64,000 nucleotides of DNA, from NCBI GenBank assembly GCA_963803235.1, contig CAWDLL010000013.1:13722-77721 (forward strand), read 5' to 3'. Each line of letters begins with the position of its first letter. Position 1 is the first letter of the stretch. The notes beneath the pieces are model-generated. The model was given only the letters and a program-made list of their open reading frames with translations. It was not told where the DNA came from and made no database searches. The stretch comes from an uncultured Actinomycetota bacterium. GTDB lineage: Bacteria; Actinomycetota; Actinomycetes; Propionibacteriales; Nocardioidaceae. This document shows positions 1-11,603 of the stretch, in pieces. The position numbers and the translations under genes were made by a program.

Positions 1-144
1 CTCGGTCAGTGCCGGCGCAGGTGGTGATCCGGCAGCACCCGAGTTGATCTCGCGGCCCTTCGGGGACTGCCCGCCTCCGGGTGGGTCGAGGGCCGCGGGG
101 CCGCGGGTCGGCGCTTAGGACACGCCGGCCTGCGGTCACCCCAT

Positions 145-179
145 CGCTGACCCGCCCGAAACTTTCGGGCGGGTCAGCG
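145..179. repeat. Perfect hairpin, 17-bp arms with 1-nt loop
   Basis: CGCTGACCCGCCCGAAA-C-TTTCGGGCGGGTCAGCG read directly. Confidence 0.8.
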
Positions 180-255
180 GCATTTCGTGACAACCGTTCC
201 CCTGCGAGGTCCGTATCCCCGGGTGAGACTGGACACGCACGGGAGGCGAGACGAG

Positions 256-957
256 ATGTTGCTGCGCGAGGAGATCGAGCGGTCCTTCGGTGACGGCCCG
301 GAACACCGGCCGATCGAGGAGCTGGTCGTGGCCGGCCGGCGTCGGGTGCGCCGGCGGCAGGCGGCCGGGGTCGTGGCGGCGTTCGCGACCGCCGCCGTGC
401 TGGCCACGACGTACGCCGTGACGGCGCCGGGCGGCGGAGGCACCGGTGGACCGCAGATCGCGAGCGACCCCAGCCCGACGCCCGACGCCGACGTGACCCG
501 GGAGACTGACCCGGACAGCGCCGTGACCTCGGAGATGACGATGGGCTCGGGCGCCGAGAGGGTCACCCTCACCGAGGACGGTGAGCTGGCCGCCGGAGGC
601 GCGGTCGAGCTGCTGAGGAAGATCGACAACCCGATGGAGCTGGACCCGCCGAGCTACTCCATCGCTGTGGACGTCCGCATCAGCGGCGAGCACCAATGGA
701 TGTTCATGGTGACCGGGCCGGACTCCGGTGGCGGGGCGGGACAGCCGGTCCGGGAGCACCCGGACCAGACCTTCGAGGAGTGGGTCGAGGACCAGGTGGC
801 CGCGGCCGAGGACGACTCGGGCCTGGACGACGACGGTGTCGAGGTGAGCCCGGACTCCCGTGGATCCGACAGCGGGTCGACTTCGGGGGGCGGCAGCAAC
901 TCCGGCATCACCGGTAGCGGCAGCGGCAGCGCCTCATCCGGGTCGGGTGAGCGATGA
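256..957 (+). CDS. Membrane-anchored putative anti-sigma-like protein
   Basis: 'LREEIERSF...GRRRVRRRQAA' followed by one TM helix and a Ser/Gly-rich tail; ATGA overlap with the sigma factor; start uncertain. Confidence 0.55.
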   Translation: MLLREEIERSFGDGPEHRPIEELVVAGRRRVRRRQAAGVVAAFATAAVLATTYAVTAPGGGGTGGPQIASDPSPTPDADVTRETDPDSAVTSEMTMGSGAERVTLTEDGELAAGGAVELLRKIDNPMELDPPSYSIAVDVRISGEHQWMFMVTGPDSGGGAGQPVREHPDQTFEEWVEDQVAAAEDDSGLDDDGVEVSPDSRGSDSGSTSGGGSNSGITGSGSGSASSGSGER

Positions 958-1445
958 ACCAGGCCTCGCGGGACGCCGAGTTCAGCGACTTCGTCGCCGC
1001 CCGGCGGACCCACCTGCGCCGGATCGCCTACGCCGTCTGCGGCGACTGGCACCAGGCCGAGGACCTGCTCCAGACCGCGCTCGTGAAGCTGTACGTCGCG
1101 TGGCCGCGGCTGCACCGCGACGGCCGCGAGGAGGCCTACGCCCGGAAGATCATCGTCCGCGCCAACATCGACGAGCACCGCCGGCCGTGGCGGCGCGAGC
1201 GGCCCGGCCTCGACGGCCACGACCCGGCCGCGCGCGAGGCGATGCCGGTCGAGGACCGGTCGGTGATGTTCGAGGCGCTCCAGGCGCTGCCGGTCATGCA
1301 GCGCAAGACCGTCCTGCTCCGGCACTGGCTCGGCCTCTCGGTCGAGGAGACCGCACACGAGCTCGGCATCTCCACCGGCACCGTCAAGAGCCACACCTCC
1401 CGAGGCCTGGACAAGCTCCAGGAGGTGCTCACCCACCAGCCGTGA
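954..1445 (+). CDS. SigE-family ECF RNA polymerase sigma factor
   Basis: 'FSDFVAAR...AEDLLQTAL.KLY..W' region 2; 'LSVEETAHELGISTGTVKSH.SRGL' region 4. Confidence 0.92.
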   Translation: MNQASRDAEFSDFVAARRTHLRRIAYAVCGDWHQAEDLLQTALVKLYVAWPRLHRDGREEAYARKIIVRANIDEHRRPWRRERPGLDGHDPAAREAMPVEDRSVMFEALQALPVMQRKTVLLRHWLGLSVEETAHELGISTGTVKSHTSRGLDKLQEVLTHQP

Positions 1446-1453
1446 GGGCCGGG

Positions 1454-1536
1454 GTTTCGAGACGGTCGCAGAGCGACCTCCTCAACCACCGACCATCGCT
1501 GGTTGAGGCAAGGCGCGCAGCGCCGAGTCTCGAAAC
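1454..1536. repeat. REP-like inverted doublet between convergent genes
   Basis: GTTTCGAGAC..(small hairpin)..CCTCAACCA followed by the inverted TGGTTGAGG..(hairpin)..GTCTCGAAAC. Confidence 0.7.
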
Positions 1537-1549
1537 GCCTGGCGCAGCG

Positions 1550-2224
1550 TCAGCCGCGCCAGGCGTCGTCGCCGGAGAGGTCGGCGTACTCGCGGATCCA
1601 GGTGTGCATGGCGATCGCCGCGGCGGCGCTGGCGTTGATCGAGCGGGTGGAGCCGAACTGGGCGATCGAGAACGTCCCGTCGCAGACCTCGCGCGCGGAC
1701 TCCGACAGTCCCGGACCCTCCTGGCCGAACAGGAAGCACACGCGGCGCGGCATCGTCATCGTCTCCAGGTGTGCGGAGCCGGGCAGGTTGTCGATGCCGA
1801 GCAGGGTGGTGTCGCGTTCGTGGAGGTACGCCGCCAGGTCGGCCGCGGTCGGGTGGTGGCGCACGTGCTGGTAGCGGTCGGTCACCATCGCGCCGCGCCG
1901 GTTCCAGCGCCGGTTGCCGACGATGTGCACCTCGGCGGCGAGGAACGCGTTGGCGGTCCGGACGATGGTCCCGATGTTGAAGTCGTGCTGCCAGTTCTCG
2001 ATCGCGACGTGGAAGTCGTGCCGGCGGAGGTCGAGGTCGGCCCGGATCGCCTCGAGGGTCCAGTAGCGGTAGCGGTCGACCACGTTGCGGCGGTCGCCGT
2101 GCTCCAGCAGCGCGCGGTCGTACCGCTCGTCGTCTGGCCACGACCCCTCCCACGGACCCACGCCGACCTCGGCCGGCCCGTGCGGCATCGGGTCGTACGG
2201 CGCCCGCCGGTCGTCGTCGTCCAC
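1550..2224 (-). CDS. TrmH/SpoU-family RNA methyltransferase
   Basis: 'ENWQHDFNIGTIVRTANAF', 'FGQEGPGLS', 'TRSINASAAAAIAM' SPOUT motifs; GTG start. Confidence 0.9.
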   Translation of the reverse strand: MDDDDRRAPYDPMPHGPAEVGVGPWEGSWPDDERYDRALLEHGDRRNVVDRYRYWTLEAIRADLDLRRHDFHVAIENWQHDFNIGTIVRTANAFLAAEVHIVGNRRWNRRGAMVTDRYQHVRHHPTAADLAAYLHERDTTLLGIDNLPGSAHLETMTMPRRVCFLFGQEGPGLSESAREVCDGTFSIAQFGSTRSINASAAAAIAMHTWIREYADLSGDDAWRG

Positions 2225-2226
2225 GC

Positions 2227-2910
2227 TCAGAAGGCGGACACGGAGTCCGGCGCCCGCTGCGGCCGGCTGAGCGCACGCAGCACGGCCGTCTGGCCGTGCC
2301 GGTCGACGGCGACCTCGGACAGGAGGCCGAGCACGGCCCGGACGACGGGCTCGGGGAACTCCGGCGTCGGCAGCCCGACGCTCGCGGCCAGGTCGTCGGA
2401 GTGGACCATGATCTCCATCAGCCGGGTGACCAGGAAGTCCTCGGTCGACAGCGACCAGCCCTGCCAGGGGACGAACACCGTGTCGGGGCTCCGCTCCCCC
2501 GCGAGGCTCGGCCCGAGCGCACCGGAGATCTCGGCCAGATCCTGCGCGACCCGCGAGGCCAGCGTCTCCGGGCCACCCGAGGCGTCGTCGTTGGACTCGT
2601 CGCGGATCGAGGTGTTCGGCTCGTCGTCGAGCCCGGAGGACACCCAGTCGGCACGCCGGTAGTGCTCGCCGACCGGGATCGGCTCGTCCGCCGCCGGTGG
2701 CGCCGCGAGCAGGCCGATGGCGTTCCGGGTCTGGTCGGCCAGGTGGTGGGCGAGCCCGCCGACGGTCATGCCGGCGCAGGCGCTCTCCTCCTCCCACCGG
2801 GCGGCGACGGCCGGGTCGGTCACGAGGGCGCCGGCGATGGCGGCCGCCTCGGGGAACACGTGGGCGATGTGAGCAGGCACGGAGCGCAGGCTACCGCCGC
2901 CCACCGACAC
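2227..2910 (-). CDS. Mycothiol-dependent maleylpyruvate-isomerase-like (DinB superfamily) protein
   Basis: 'W..ESAC.GMTVGGLAHHL' and 'TRLMEIMVHSDDL' motifs; start approximate. Confidence 0.8.
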   Translation of the reverse strand: MSVGGGSLRSVPAHIAHVFPEAAAIAGALVTDPAVAARWEEESACAGMTVGGLAHHLADQTRNAIGLLAAPPAADEPIPVGEHYRRADWVSSGLDDEPNTSIRDESNDDASGGPETLASRVAQDLAEISGALGPSLAGERSPDTVFVPWQGWSLSTEDFLVTRLMEIMVHSDDLAASVGLPTPEFPEPVVRAVLGLLSEVAVDRHGQTAVLRALSRPQRAPDSVSAF

Positions 2911-2986
2911 CGCCGGCGTACCGCAACCTCGGGGATACTTCGCGATCCTCCGGATTCCGGTTGGGGTTCCCCGTTAGGGTTTCTTC

Positions 2987-3731
2987 GTGGGCGCGCTTGT
3001 GGAGATGACTCCACTCCTGCTGGGCATGGACTGGATGGACCCCAACTGGCTCCTGGACCGGTTCGGCAGCGAGCTGTTCTGGCTGAGCCTGGTGATCATC
3101 TTCATCGAGTGCGGACTGTTCTTCCCGTTCCTGCCCGGCGACACCCTGCTGTTCGCCATGGGCCTGTTCATCACGGCCGAGAAGATCGACGTCTTCCCCG
3201 GCGGCCCCGCCACCGAGCTCCTGATCGCGCTGGTCCTGCTCACCACGGCCGCGTTCCTCGGGAACGTCACCGGCTACGAGATCGGGCGCGGGATCGGTCC
3301 ACCGATCTACGAGCGCGACGGCCGGGTCCTCAAGCGCAAGTACTTCGACCAGACCCAGGCGTTCTTCGACAAGCACGGCAACAAGGCGCTCGTGATCGGC
3401 CGGTTCGTGCCGTTCGTCCGCACCTACATCACCGTCGTCGCCGGCGTGACCCTCATGGAGCGGCGCCGCTTCTTCACCTGGAGCGCGGTCGGCGCCGTCC
3501 TGTGGGTCACCAGCATCACGCTGCATGGGCTACTTCCTCGGCCGCACGTTCCCGTCCCTGGGCGAGAACATCGACAAGGCGATCTTCGTGATCCTCGCGT
3601 TCTCGGTGATCCCGGTGATCTACGAGTTCTGGCGGCACCGGCGTACGTCGAGCCCCGAGGCCGACGACCTCGACCACGACGGCATCCCCGACATCGACAT
3701 CGTCGGCCAGGACACCCGCAAGACCAGCTGA
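2987..3731 (+). CDS. DedA/VTT-family membrane protein (frameshift near 3525)
   Basis: 'IFIECGLFFPFLPGDTLLF', 'GRFVPFVRT'; the C-terminus continues in the 3525..3731 frame. Confidence 0.88.
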
Positions 3732-3749
3732 CCCTGGCCCTGCCCGAGC

Positions 3750-4286
3750 TCAGGCGCGCGCGGCGTCCAGCTCAGCCTTGGTGAGCACGGCCCGGACCTC
3801 GAGCCCGACGTCGGCGAGCGGGTTCTCACCCTCGGGGCTGCGGTCGATCGCGCAGACGACGACCTCGACCACCGCGCCGGCCCCGCGCAGCGCCCGGGTG
3901 GCGTCGCGGACGGCGCCACCGGTGGTGATCACGTCCTCGACCAGGGTGACCCGGCGGCCGGCCACGTCGGGTCCCTCGGCGAGCTTGCAGGTGCCGTACT
4001 CCTTGGCCTTCTTGCGCACGAACAGGGCCGGCTGACCGGTCAGGCTGCTCACCATCGTGGCGATCGGGATGCCGCCCAGCTCGAGGCCGCCGAGCAGCTC
4101 GGTGTCGGCGGGCAGCAGCTGCACCATGGCGCGGGCGACCCGGGCCAGCAGGGTGGGGTCGGCCTCGAAGAGGTACTTGTCGAAGTACTCCGACGAGACC
4201 TGCCCGGACCGGAGCGTGAACTCCCCGGTCAGGCGGCAGATGCCGTCGATGTCGCGGGCGAGGTCGGGGTCACGGATGTCGTCCAC
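3750..4286 (-). CDS. pyrE: Orotate phosphoribosyltransferase
   Basis: 'GEFTLRSGQ.S.EYFDKY', 'VRKKAKEYGT', PRPP motif 'LVEDVITTGG'. Confidence 0.9.
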   Translation of the reverse strand: MDDIRDPDLARDIDGICRLTGEFTLRSGQVSSEYFDKYLFEADPTLLARVARAMVQLLPADTELLGGLELGGIPIATMVSSLTGQPALFVRKKAKEYGTCKLAEGPDVAGRRVTLVEDVITTGGAVRDATRALRGAGAVVEVVVCAIDRSPEGENPLADVGLEVRAVLTKAELDAARA

Positions 4287-4309
4287 GGCAGCACGCTACC
4301 GTCGCGTGC

Positions 4310-5479
4310 ATGCTCGCCAGACGCCTGCAGGGGATCGCGCCGACGATCTTCTCCCAGATGTCCGCCCTCGCCGTGCGCACGAACGCGGTCAACCTCGGCC
4401 AGGGGTTCCCGGACGTCGACGGCCCGCCGACGGTGATCGCCCGCGCGGTCGAGGCGCTCGAGGGCGGCGCCAACCAGTACGCCCCGGGGATCGGCGTACC
4501 CCCGCTGCGGGAGGCGATCGCCCGGCACCAGAAGCGGCACTACGGGCTCGACCTCGATCCCGACCGCGAGGTCGTGGTCACGACCGGGTGCACCGAGGGC
4601 GTCGCCGCGTCGCTGCTCGGTCTCGTCGACGAGGGCGACGAGGTGGTCGTGCTCGAGCCGTACTACGACTCGTACACGGCGATGATCCAGATGGCGGGAG
4701 GGGTACGCCGCCCGGTCACCCTGCGCGCCCCCGACTACCGCCTCGACCCCGACGAGCTCCGCGCGGCGGTGGGGCCGCGGACCCGCTTCATCCTGCTCAA
4801 CAGCCCGCACAACCCCACCGGGACCGTGCTCACCCGGGCCGAGCTCCAGGCGGTCGCGGACGTCGCGATCGAGCACGACCTCGTCGTGATCACCGACGAG
4901 GTCTACGAGCACCTGGTCTTCGACGACCACGAGCACGTGCCGCTGGCGACCCTGCCCGGCATGTTCGAGCGCACCCTCAGCCTGTCCAGCGCCGGCAAGT
5001 CCTACTCGTTCACCGGCTGGAAGGTCGGCTGGGCCACCGGCCCCGCGCCGCTGGTCGAGGCCGTGCTGGCCGCCAAGCAGTGGCTCACCTTCACCTCCGG
5101 CTCCCCGCTCCAGCCGGCCGTGGCGCACGCCCTGGAGGACGAGCAGGCGTTCCCCGGCGAGCTGCGGGCCAGCCTCCAGCAGCGCCGCGACCTGCTCTGC
5201 TCGGGCCTGGCCCGGGTCGGCCTCGACGTCCGGGTCCCCGAGGGCACCTACTTCGCGCTGACCGACATCGGCGACCTCGGGTGGCAGGACGGGATGTCGT
5301 TCTGCCTCGCCCTGCCCGAGCGGGCCGGCGTGGTCGCGATCCCCGCGCAGGCCTTCCACGACGACCAGGACGCCGGCCGGCACCTGGTGCGCTGGGCGTT
5401 CTGCAAGGAGGCGCCGGTGATCGAGGAGGGCCTGTCCCGGCTGGCCGGGAGCGGACCTGAAGGCGTAGCGGCGCCCTAG
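4310..5479 (+). CDS. PLP-dependent class I aminotransferase (DapC/YbdL-like)
   Basis: 'NLGQGFPD', 'NSPHNPTG', 'DEVYEHL', 'SAGKSYSFTGWKVGW'. Confidence 0.9.
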   Translation: MLARRLQGIAPTIFSQMSALAVRTNAVNLGQGFPDVDGPPTVIARAVEALEGGANQYAPGIGVPPLREAIARHQKRHYGLDLDPDREVVVTTGCTEGVAASLLGLVDEGDEVVVLEPYYDSYTAMIQMAGGVRRPVTLRAPDYRLDPDELRAAVGPRTRFILLNSPHNPTGTVLTRAELQAVADVAIEHDLVVITDEVYEHLVFDDHEHVPLATLPGMFERTLSLSSAGKSYSFTGWKVGWATGPAPLVEAVLAAKQWLTFTSGSPLQPAVAHALEDEQAFPGELRASLQQRRDLLCSGLARVGLDVRVPEGTYFALTDIGDLGWQDGMSFCLALPERAGVVAIPAQAFHDDQDAGRHLVRWAFCKEAPVIEEGLSRLAGSGPEGVAAP

Positions 5480-6183
5480 TAGACCGGCGCGGACTCGTCC
5501 CGGTCGTGGCGGCCGGCGTACCACTCACCGGCGCCGCCGGTGAACAGCAGCACGATCACGGCGATCGCGCCCAGCAGGCTGAACACCGCGAGCAGGCCAC
5601 CGAAGACGATCATGACCATGCTCGCGGCGATGGTCAGGCCCGAGGACACCACCAGGGTGATCCGCGCCCGCTCGGACCGCCGCAGGGCGAAGGCCGCGAG
5701 CAGGATCGCGCCGATGCTCCACACGGTGAGCAGTCCCAGGATCGTGGCGAGCACGACACCGGCGCCACCCCCCAGGATGTCCTGGCCCTCGAGCTCCTCG
5801 GCGATGGTGGCCTGGAGTGCGATCCCGACGGCCAGCGTGATGCCGAGCACCAGGGTCGCCATGCCGCTGAGCACGATCGTGACGATGCCGGCCGCGAGGA
5901 CGGTGCCGGGTCGCGCGTTCGGGTCGCGGGCGCCGAAGCCGGGCGGCCCGAAGCCGGGCCGGCCGTAGAGGTGCGGGGCGTACTGCCCGTAGGGCTGCTC
6001 GCCGTAGGGGTAGTACCCGGGCGGGGTCGCCCCGGCCGGCGGCACGCCGTACGGCTGCTGGCCGTAGGGCTGCTGGTACGGCGCGGGCTGGGCCGAGCCG
6101 TAGTGCCGGGGTGCGGGTGTGCCCGGCTGCGCAGCCGGCTGGTCCCCCGTCGGCGTCCCGGTGCCGCCGTACGTGTCACTCAT
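5476..6183 (-). CDS. Pro/Gln/Tyr-rich N-terminus + 4-TM membrane protein
   Basis: QQPYG repeats, then 'RPGTVLAA...RRSERARITL...LLFTGGAGEWY'. Confidence 0.75.
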   Translation of the reverse strand: MSDTYGGTGTPTGDQPAAQPGTPAPRHYGSAQPAPYQQPYGQQPYGVPPAGATPPGYYPYGEQPYGQYAPHLYGRPGFGPPGFGARDPNARPGTVLAAGIVTIVLSGMATLVLGITLAVGIALQATIAEELEGQDILGGGAGVVLATILGLLTVWSIGAILLAAFALRRSERARITLVVSSGLTIAASMVMIVFGGLLAVFSLLGAIAVIVLLFTGGAGEWYAGRHDRDESAPVY

Positions 6184-6218
6184 GGGTGCATTCGATCACG
6201 ACCCACGCCGGCTTGGGG

Positions 6219-6902
6219 TCAGTACTGCTGCATCCCCGGGATGGCGGGCGTCGCGCGATTCTCGGCGGAACCACCGGTTCGCGCCGCCGGTGAAGAGCAG
6301 ACGATCACCGCGATCGCTGCGATCAGGTTGACCGCGGCGGACAGGAACATCCAGACGTAGCCCAGGCTGGCGAGGATCGGCAGCGGCCGACACGACCACC
6401 AGGCCGATCCGGGCAGCCGTTCGAGCGACGCAGCACGAAGATGGCGAGGACGATCGCGATCGCGGACCAGCACGCGTGCGATGACGAGCCCGACGAGCAG
6501 GACGTTGGAGAAGCTCGTCCGCCGAGACGCGGAGGTCGAACCCTGGTTCTCGAGCTCGCTCACGAAGTCGTCCTCTGGCCGCGAGCAGGCACCAGGCCAA
6601 GGCGCCGGAGAGCAAGCGTCAGCCCGGCGAAGATCAGGGTGATGACACCGGCCGCGGTGACCGTGCCCGGGCGCTTGTCGGGGTCGACCGGGAGCGCCGT
6701 ACGCCGGCTGGCCGTAGGCGGCTGCCCGTAGGCGGGCTGCTGGCCGTAGGCGGGCTGGCGTACCCCGGCGCTGGCCGTAGGCCGGCTGCGCCTCGGGCGG
6801 CTGGCCGTACGGCTCCTGGCCGGCCGGCGGCTGGCCGTAGGGGTTCGGCTGGGGCGGCGGGCCTCCGGCGGGGTTCTCCCCGGGGTTGTTCGTGTCACTC
6901 AT
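6219..6902 (-). CDS. Paralogous Pro-rich 4-TM membrane protein (several frameshifts)
   Basis: QPAYG repeats, 'RPGTVTAAGVITLIF', 'LFTGGANRWF' spread over three frames. Confidence 0.6.
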   Translation of the reverse strand: MSDTNNPGENPAGGPPPQPNPYGQPPAGQEPYGQPPEAQPAYGQRRGTPARLRPAARLRAAAYGQPAYGAPGRPRQAPGHGHRGRCHHPDLRRADACSPAPWPGACSRPEDDFVSELENQGSTSASRRTSFSNVLLVGLVIARVLVRDRDRPRHLRAASLERLPGSAWWSCRPLPILASLGYVWMFLSAAVNLIAAIAVIVCSSPAARTGGSAENRATPAIPGMQQY

Positions 6903-8025
6903 GGCTGCATTGGATCACGGCGCGGCGAACCAGGCGCGGACATCCGGCCGCAGCAGCAGCGAAAACGTGACGCACGCACGCGAACAGCGGCACCATCATC
7001 GGCACGAACTGCAGCGAGCCGAGCAGGCACAGGCCGGCCGCTCCCCCGGCCGAGGCCAGGAGCGCGACGCGGGCCCAGGGCGAGCGACGGAACGCGAGGA
7101 CGGCGAGCAGGATCGCGGACAGCGACCAGGCGACGACCAACGCGGTCACCAGGTAGAGGGCGTTGGTGAACGACTCCTCGGACATGCCCTGGCTGCGGAA
7201 GTCGGGGTTCTGGCGGTTCATCTCGTCGAACACCTGGTCCGGGATGGTCGCGACGATCAGGGCGGTGCCGGCCATCGCGAGGAGGACCAGCGACGAGAAC
7301 ACCCAGGTGCAGATGCAGGCGACGACCACCGCGGCGGGGCGCTGGGCCGGGCGAGGCGGCGCGGCCTGCCACGGCGGGGCGTACGGCGCGGCCGGCGGTG
7401 GCGGCGCGTCGTACGGGCGCGCGCCGGGAGGCGGGGGCGCGTAGGACGGCGGGGCGCTGCCGCCGGACGGGACCGACCCGAAGCCCTGGTGCGGCCGGGG
7501 TCCGGACGCGCCGGGGGGGAGGTCCGGGGGTGCGAGGGGTGGTGGCCAGCCGGCCGTCGGCGGAGGGGGCTCGGGCTGTGGACGGGGGCGCGGGGCCTTC
7601 CCGTCGAACCAGTCGCGCGACGGCTCCAGCCAGAGCAGCACGGCCGACACCGCGACCAGCGAGGACAGGAAGCCGCCGAGGAACGGCCCGCTCAGGAAGA
7701 TGGGCAGGGCGAGCACCGTCAGCGCGAGCCGGGCGCCGCGGTTGCGCCGGAGCACGTGGACACCGAGGATCACGGCCGCCGCGGCACAGCCACCGGCCAC
7801 CATCGAGCCGATCCGGACGATGGTGAGCGCGGACTCGAACTCCAGGCCGAGGCCGTTGACCGGCGGCTCGGACAGCGTGCGGCGGATGGCGTCCTGGGTC
7901 TCCAGCTGGTGCAGGGTGGCGACCCGGTCGAAGACGGCGACGACCACCAGCGCCGACCCGGCGATGATCATCCAGGCGGCCAGCGTCACCTGGCGTGGTC
8001 GTTCGAGGGTCGTGGGCTCACTCAT
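6895..8025 (-). CDS. Membrane protein with two copies of the same 4-TM domain separated by a Pro-rich linker
   Basis: 'RPRQVTLAA...RRNRGARLAL...SRDWF' and 'RPAAVVVA...RRSPWARVAL'; probable frameshift near the 3' end. Confidence 0.7.
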   Translation of the reverse strand: MSEPTTLERPRQVTLAAWMIIAGSALVVVAVFDRVATLHQLETQDAIRRTLSEPPVNGLGLEFESALTIVRIGSMVAGGCAAAAVILGVHVLRRNRGARLALTVLALPIFLSGPFLGGFLSSLVAVSAVLLWLEPSRDWFDGKAPRPRPQPEPPPPTAGWPPPLAPPDLPPGASGPRPHQGFGSVPSGGSAPPSYAPPPPGARPYDAPPPPAAPYAPPWQAAPPRPAQRPAAVVVACICTWVFSSLVLLAMAGTALIVATIPDQVFDEMNRQNPDFRSQGMSEESFTNALYLVTALVVAWSLSAILLAVLAFRRSPWARVALLASAGGAAGLCLLGSLQFVPMMVPLFACVRHVFAAAAAGCPRLVRRAVIQCSHE

Positions 8026-8040
8026 CGTGAGTCAATTGGA

Positions 8041-10647
<2,607 letters not shown>

Positions 10648-10720
10648 GTGTGGTCTTCTCCTGGTGGTGGACCCGGCTGGAGCATCCAGCGTGGACGTCA
10701 CCTACGTCAACGAGGCGAAA

Positions 10721-10741
10721 GTTGAGTCTGTTCCACTCAAC
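10721..10741. promoter_or_regulatory. HAIR operator (HspR site) upstream of clpB
   Basis: GTTGAGT-N7-ACTCAAC, matching the CTTGAGT-N7-ACTCAAG consensus. Confidence 0.9.
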
Positions 10742-10817
10742 TCCGAGAAGATAACGACAGGGCGTGTCTTCGACAAAGAAGCAGACCAGGGGTGGTGCGG
10801 GGCAATAACCTCGTGGG

Positions 10818-11567
10818 GTGCCGGTTTCCCCCGACCGGCTGGAAGGACCCTGGACGGTGTCGTCACTTGTCTCGACAACCGGCCCGGCCGACCTTGCGCA
10901 CCTCGTGCACTACGGCATCGTCGCGGCCGGGCTCGCCGGCGTGACCGCACTGATCCTGCCCGCCTTCCTGGAGCGCGCCCATCCCGCAGCGCCCGGCTTC
11001 GACGAGCACGACCGGCGGGTCCACGAGCTCCGCCGACGGCTCAGCCAGGGCACGCTGGGCCTGCCGACACCCACCCGGCCCGAGGTCGAGGCCCGGCCCA
11101 CGGACGCGCAGACGCAGGTGCTCCTCCCGGTGGTGGTCATCAGCAGCCTCGCAGCCGCCGGCGTCCACGCGGCCGTCGCTCCCCAGCACCTCGGCGACGC
11201 GGCGATGGTCGGCACGTTCTTCATTGCGTGCGCGGCCGCCCAGCTGATCTGGGGCGCGCTCGTCTGGCAGTCGCCCACGCCGCTCCTCCTGCGCGCGGGC
11301 ATCACCGGAAACGCCGCGGTGCTCGGCCTCTGGCTCGTGTCCCGCACGGTCGGCGTCCCGGGAATCGGCACCGAACCACTGGGCCCGTGGGACCTCACCT
11401 GCGCACTGTGGGAGGTTGTGATCGTGGTCGGCTGCCTGCGACTTCTCCACGAGGATCCCGCAGACCAGCCCGAACGCGGCGGTCCCGTCCATCCCTTCGT
11501 GCTGTTCTGGCTGACGCTCTCGGTGCTGGCCCTCGGCTTCCTGTCCATCAGCGGAGCCGCGGCATGA
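10818..11567 (+). CDS. Multi-TM membrane protein with His motifs
   Basis: About 6 hydrophobic helices; '[16 protein letters not shown]'; start uncertain (GTG near 10857 possible). Confidence 0.65.
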   Translation: MPVSPDRLEGPWTVSSLVSTTGPADLAHLVHYGIVAAGLAGVTALILPAFLERAHPAAPGFDEHDRRVHELRRRLSQGTLGLPTPTRPEVEARPTDAQTQVLLPVVVISSLAAAGVHAAVAPQHLGDAAMVGTFFIACAAAQLIWGALVWQSPTPLLLRAGITGNAAVLGLWLVSRTVGVPGIGTEPLGPWDLTCALWEVVIVVGCLRLLHEDPADQPERGGPVHPFVLFWLTLSVLALGFLSISGAAA

Positions 11568-11603
11568 GCACCGCACCGACCGCACGCGAGAGGAAGTGAC
11601 CAC

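Noticed and set aside
6700-6850. GGCCGTAGGCGGGCTG-type repeats
   Set aside because: They encode QPAYG low-complexity protein repeats, not an array or mobile element
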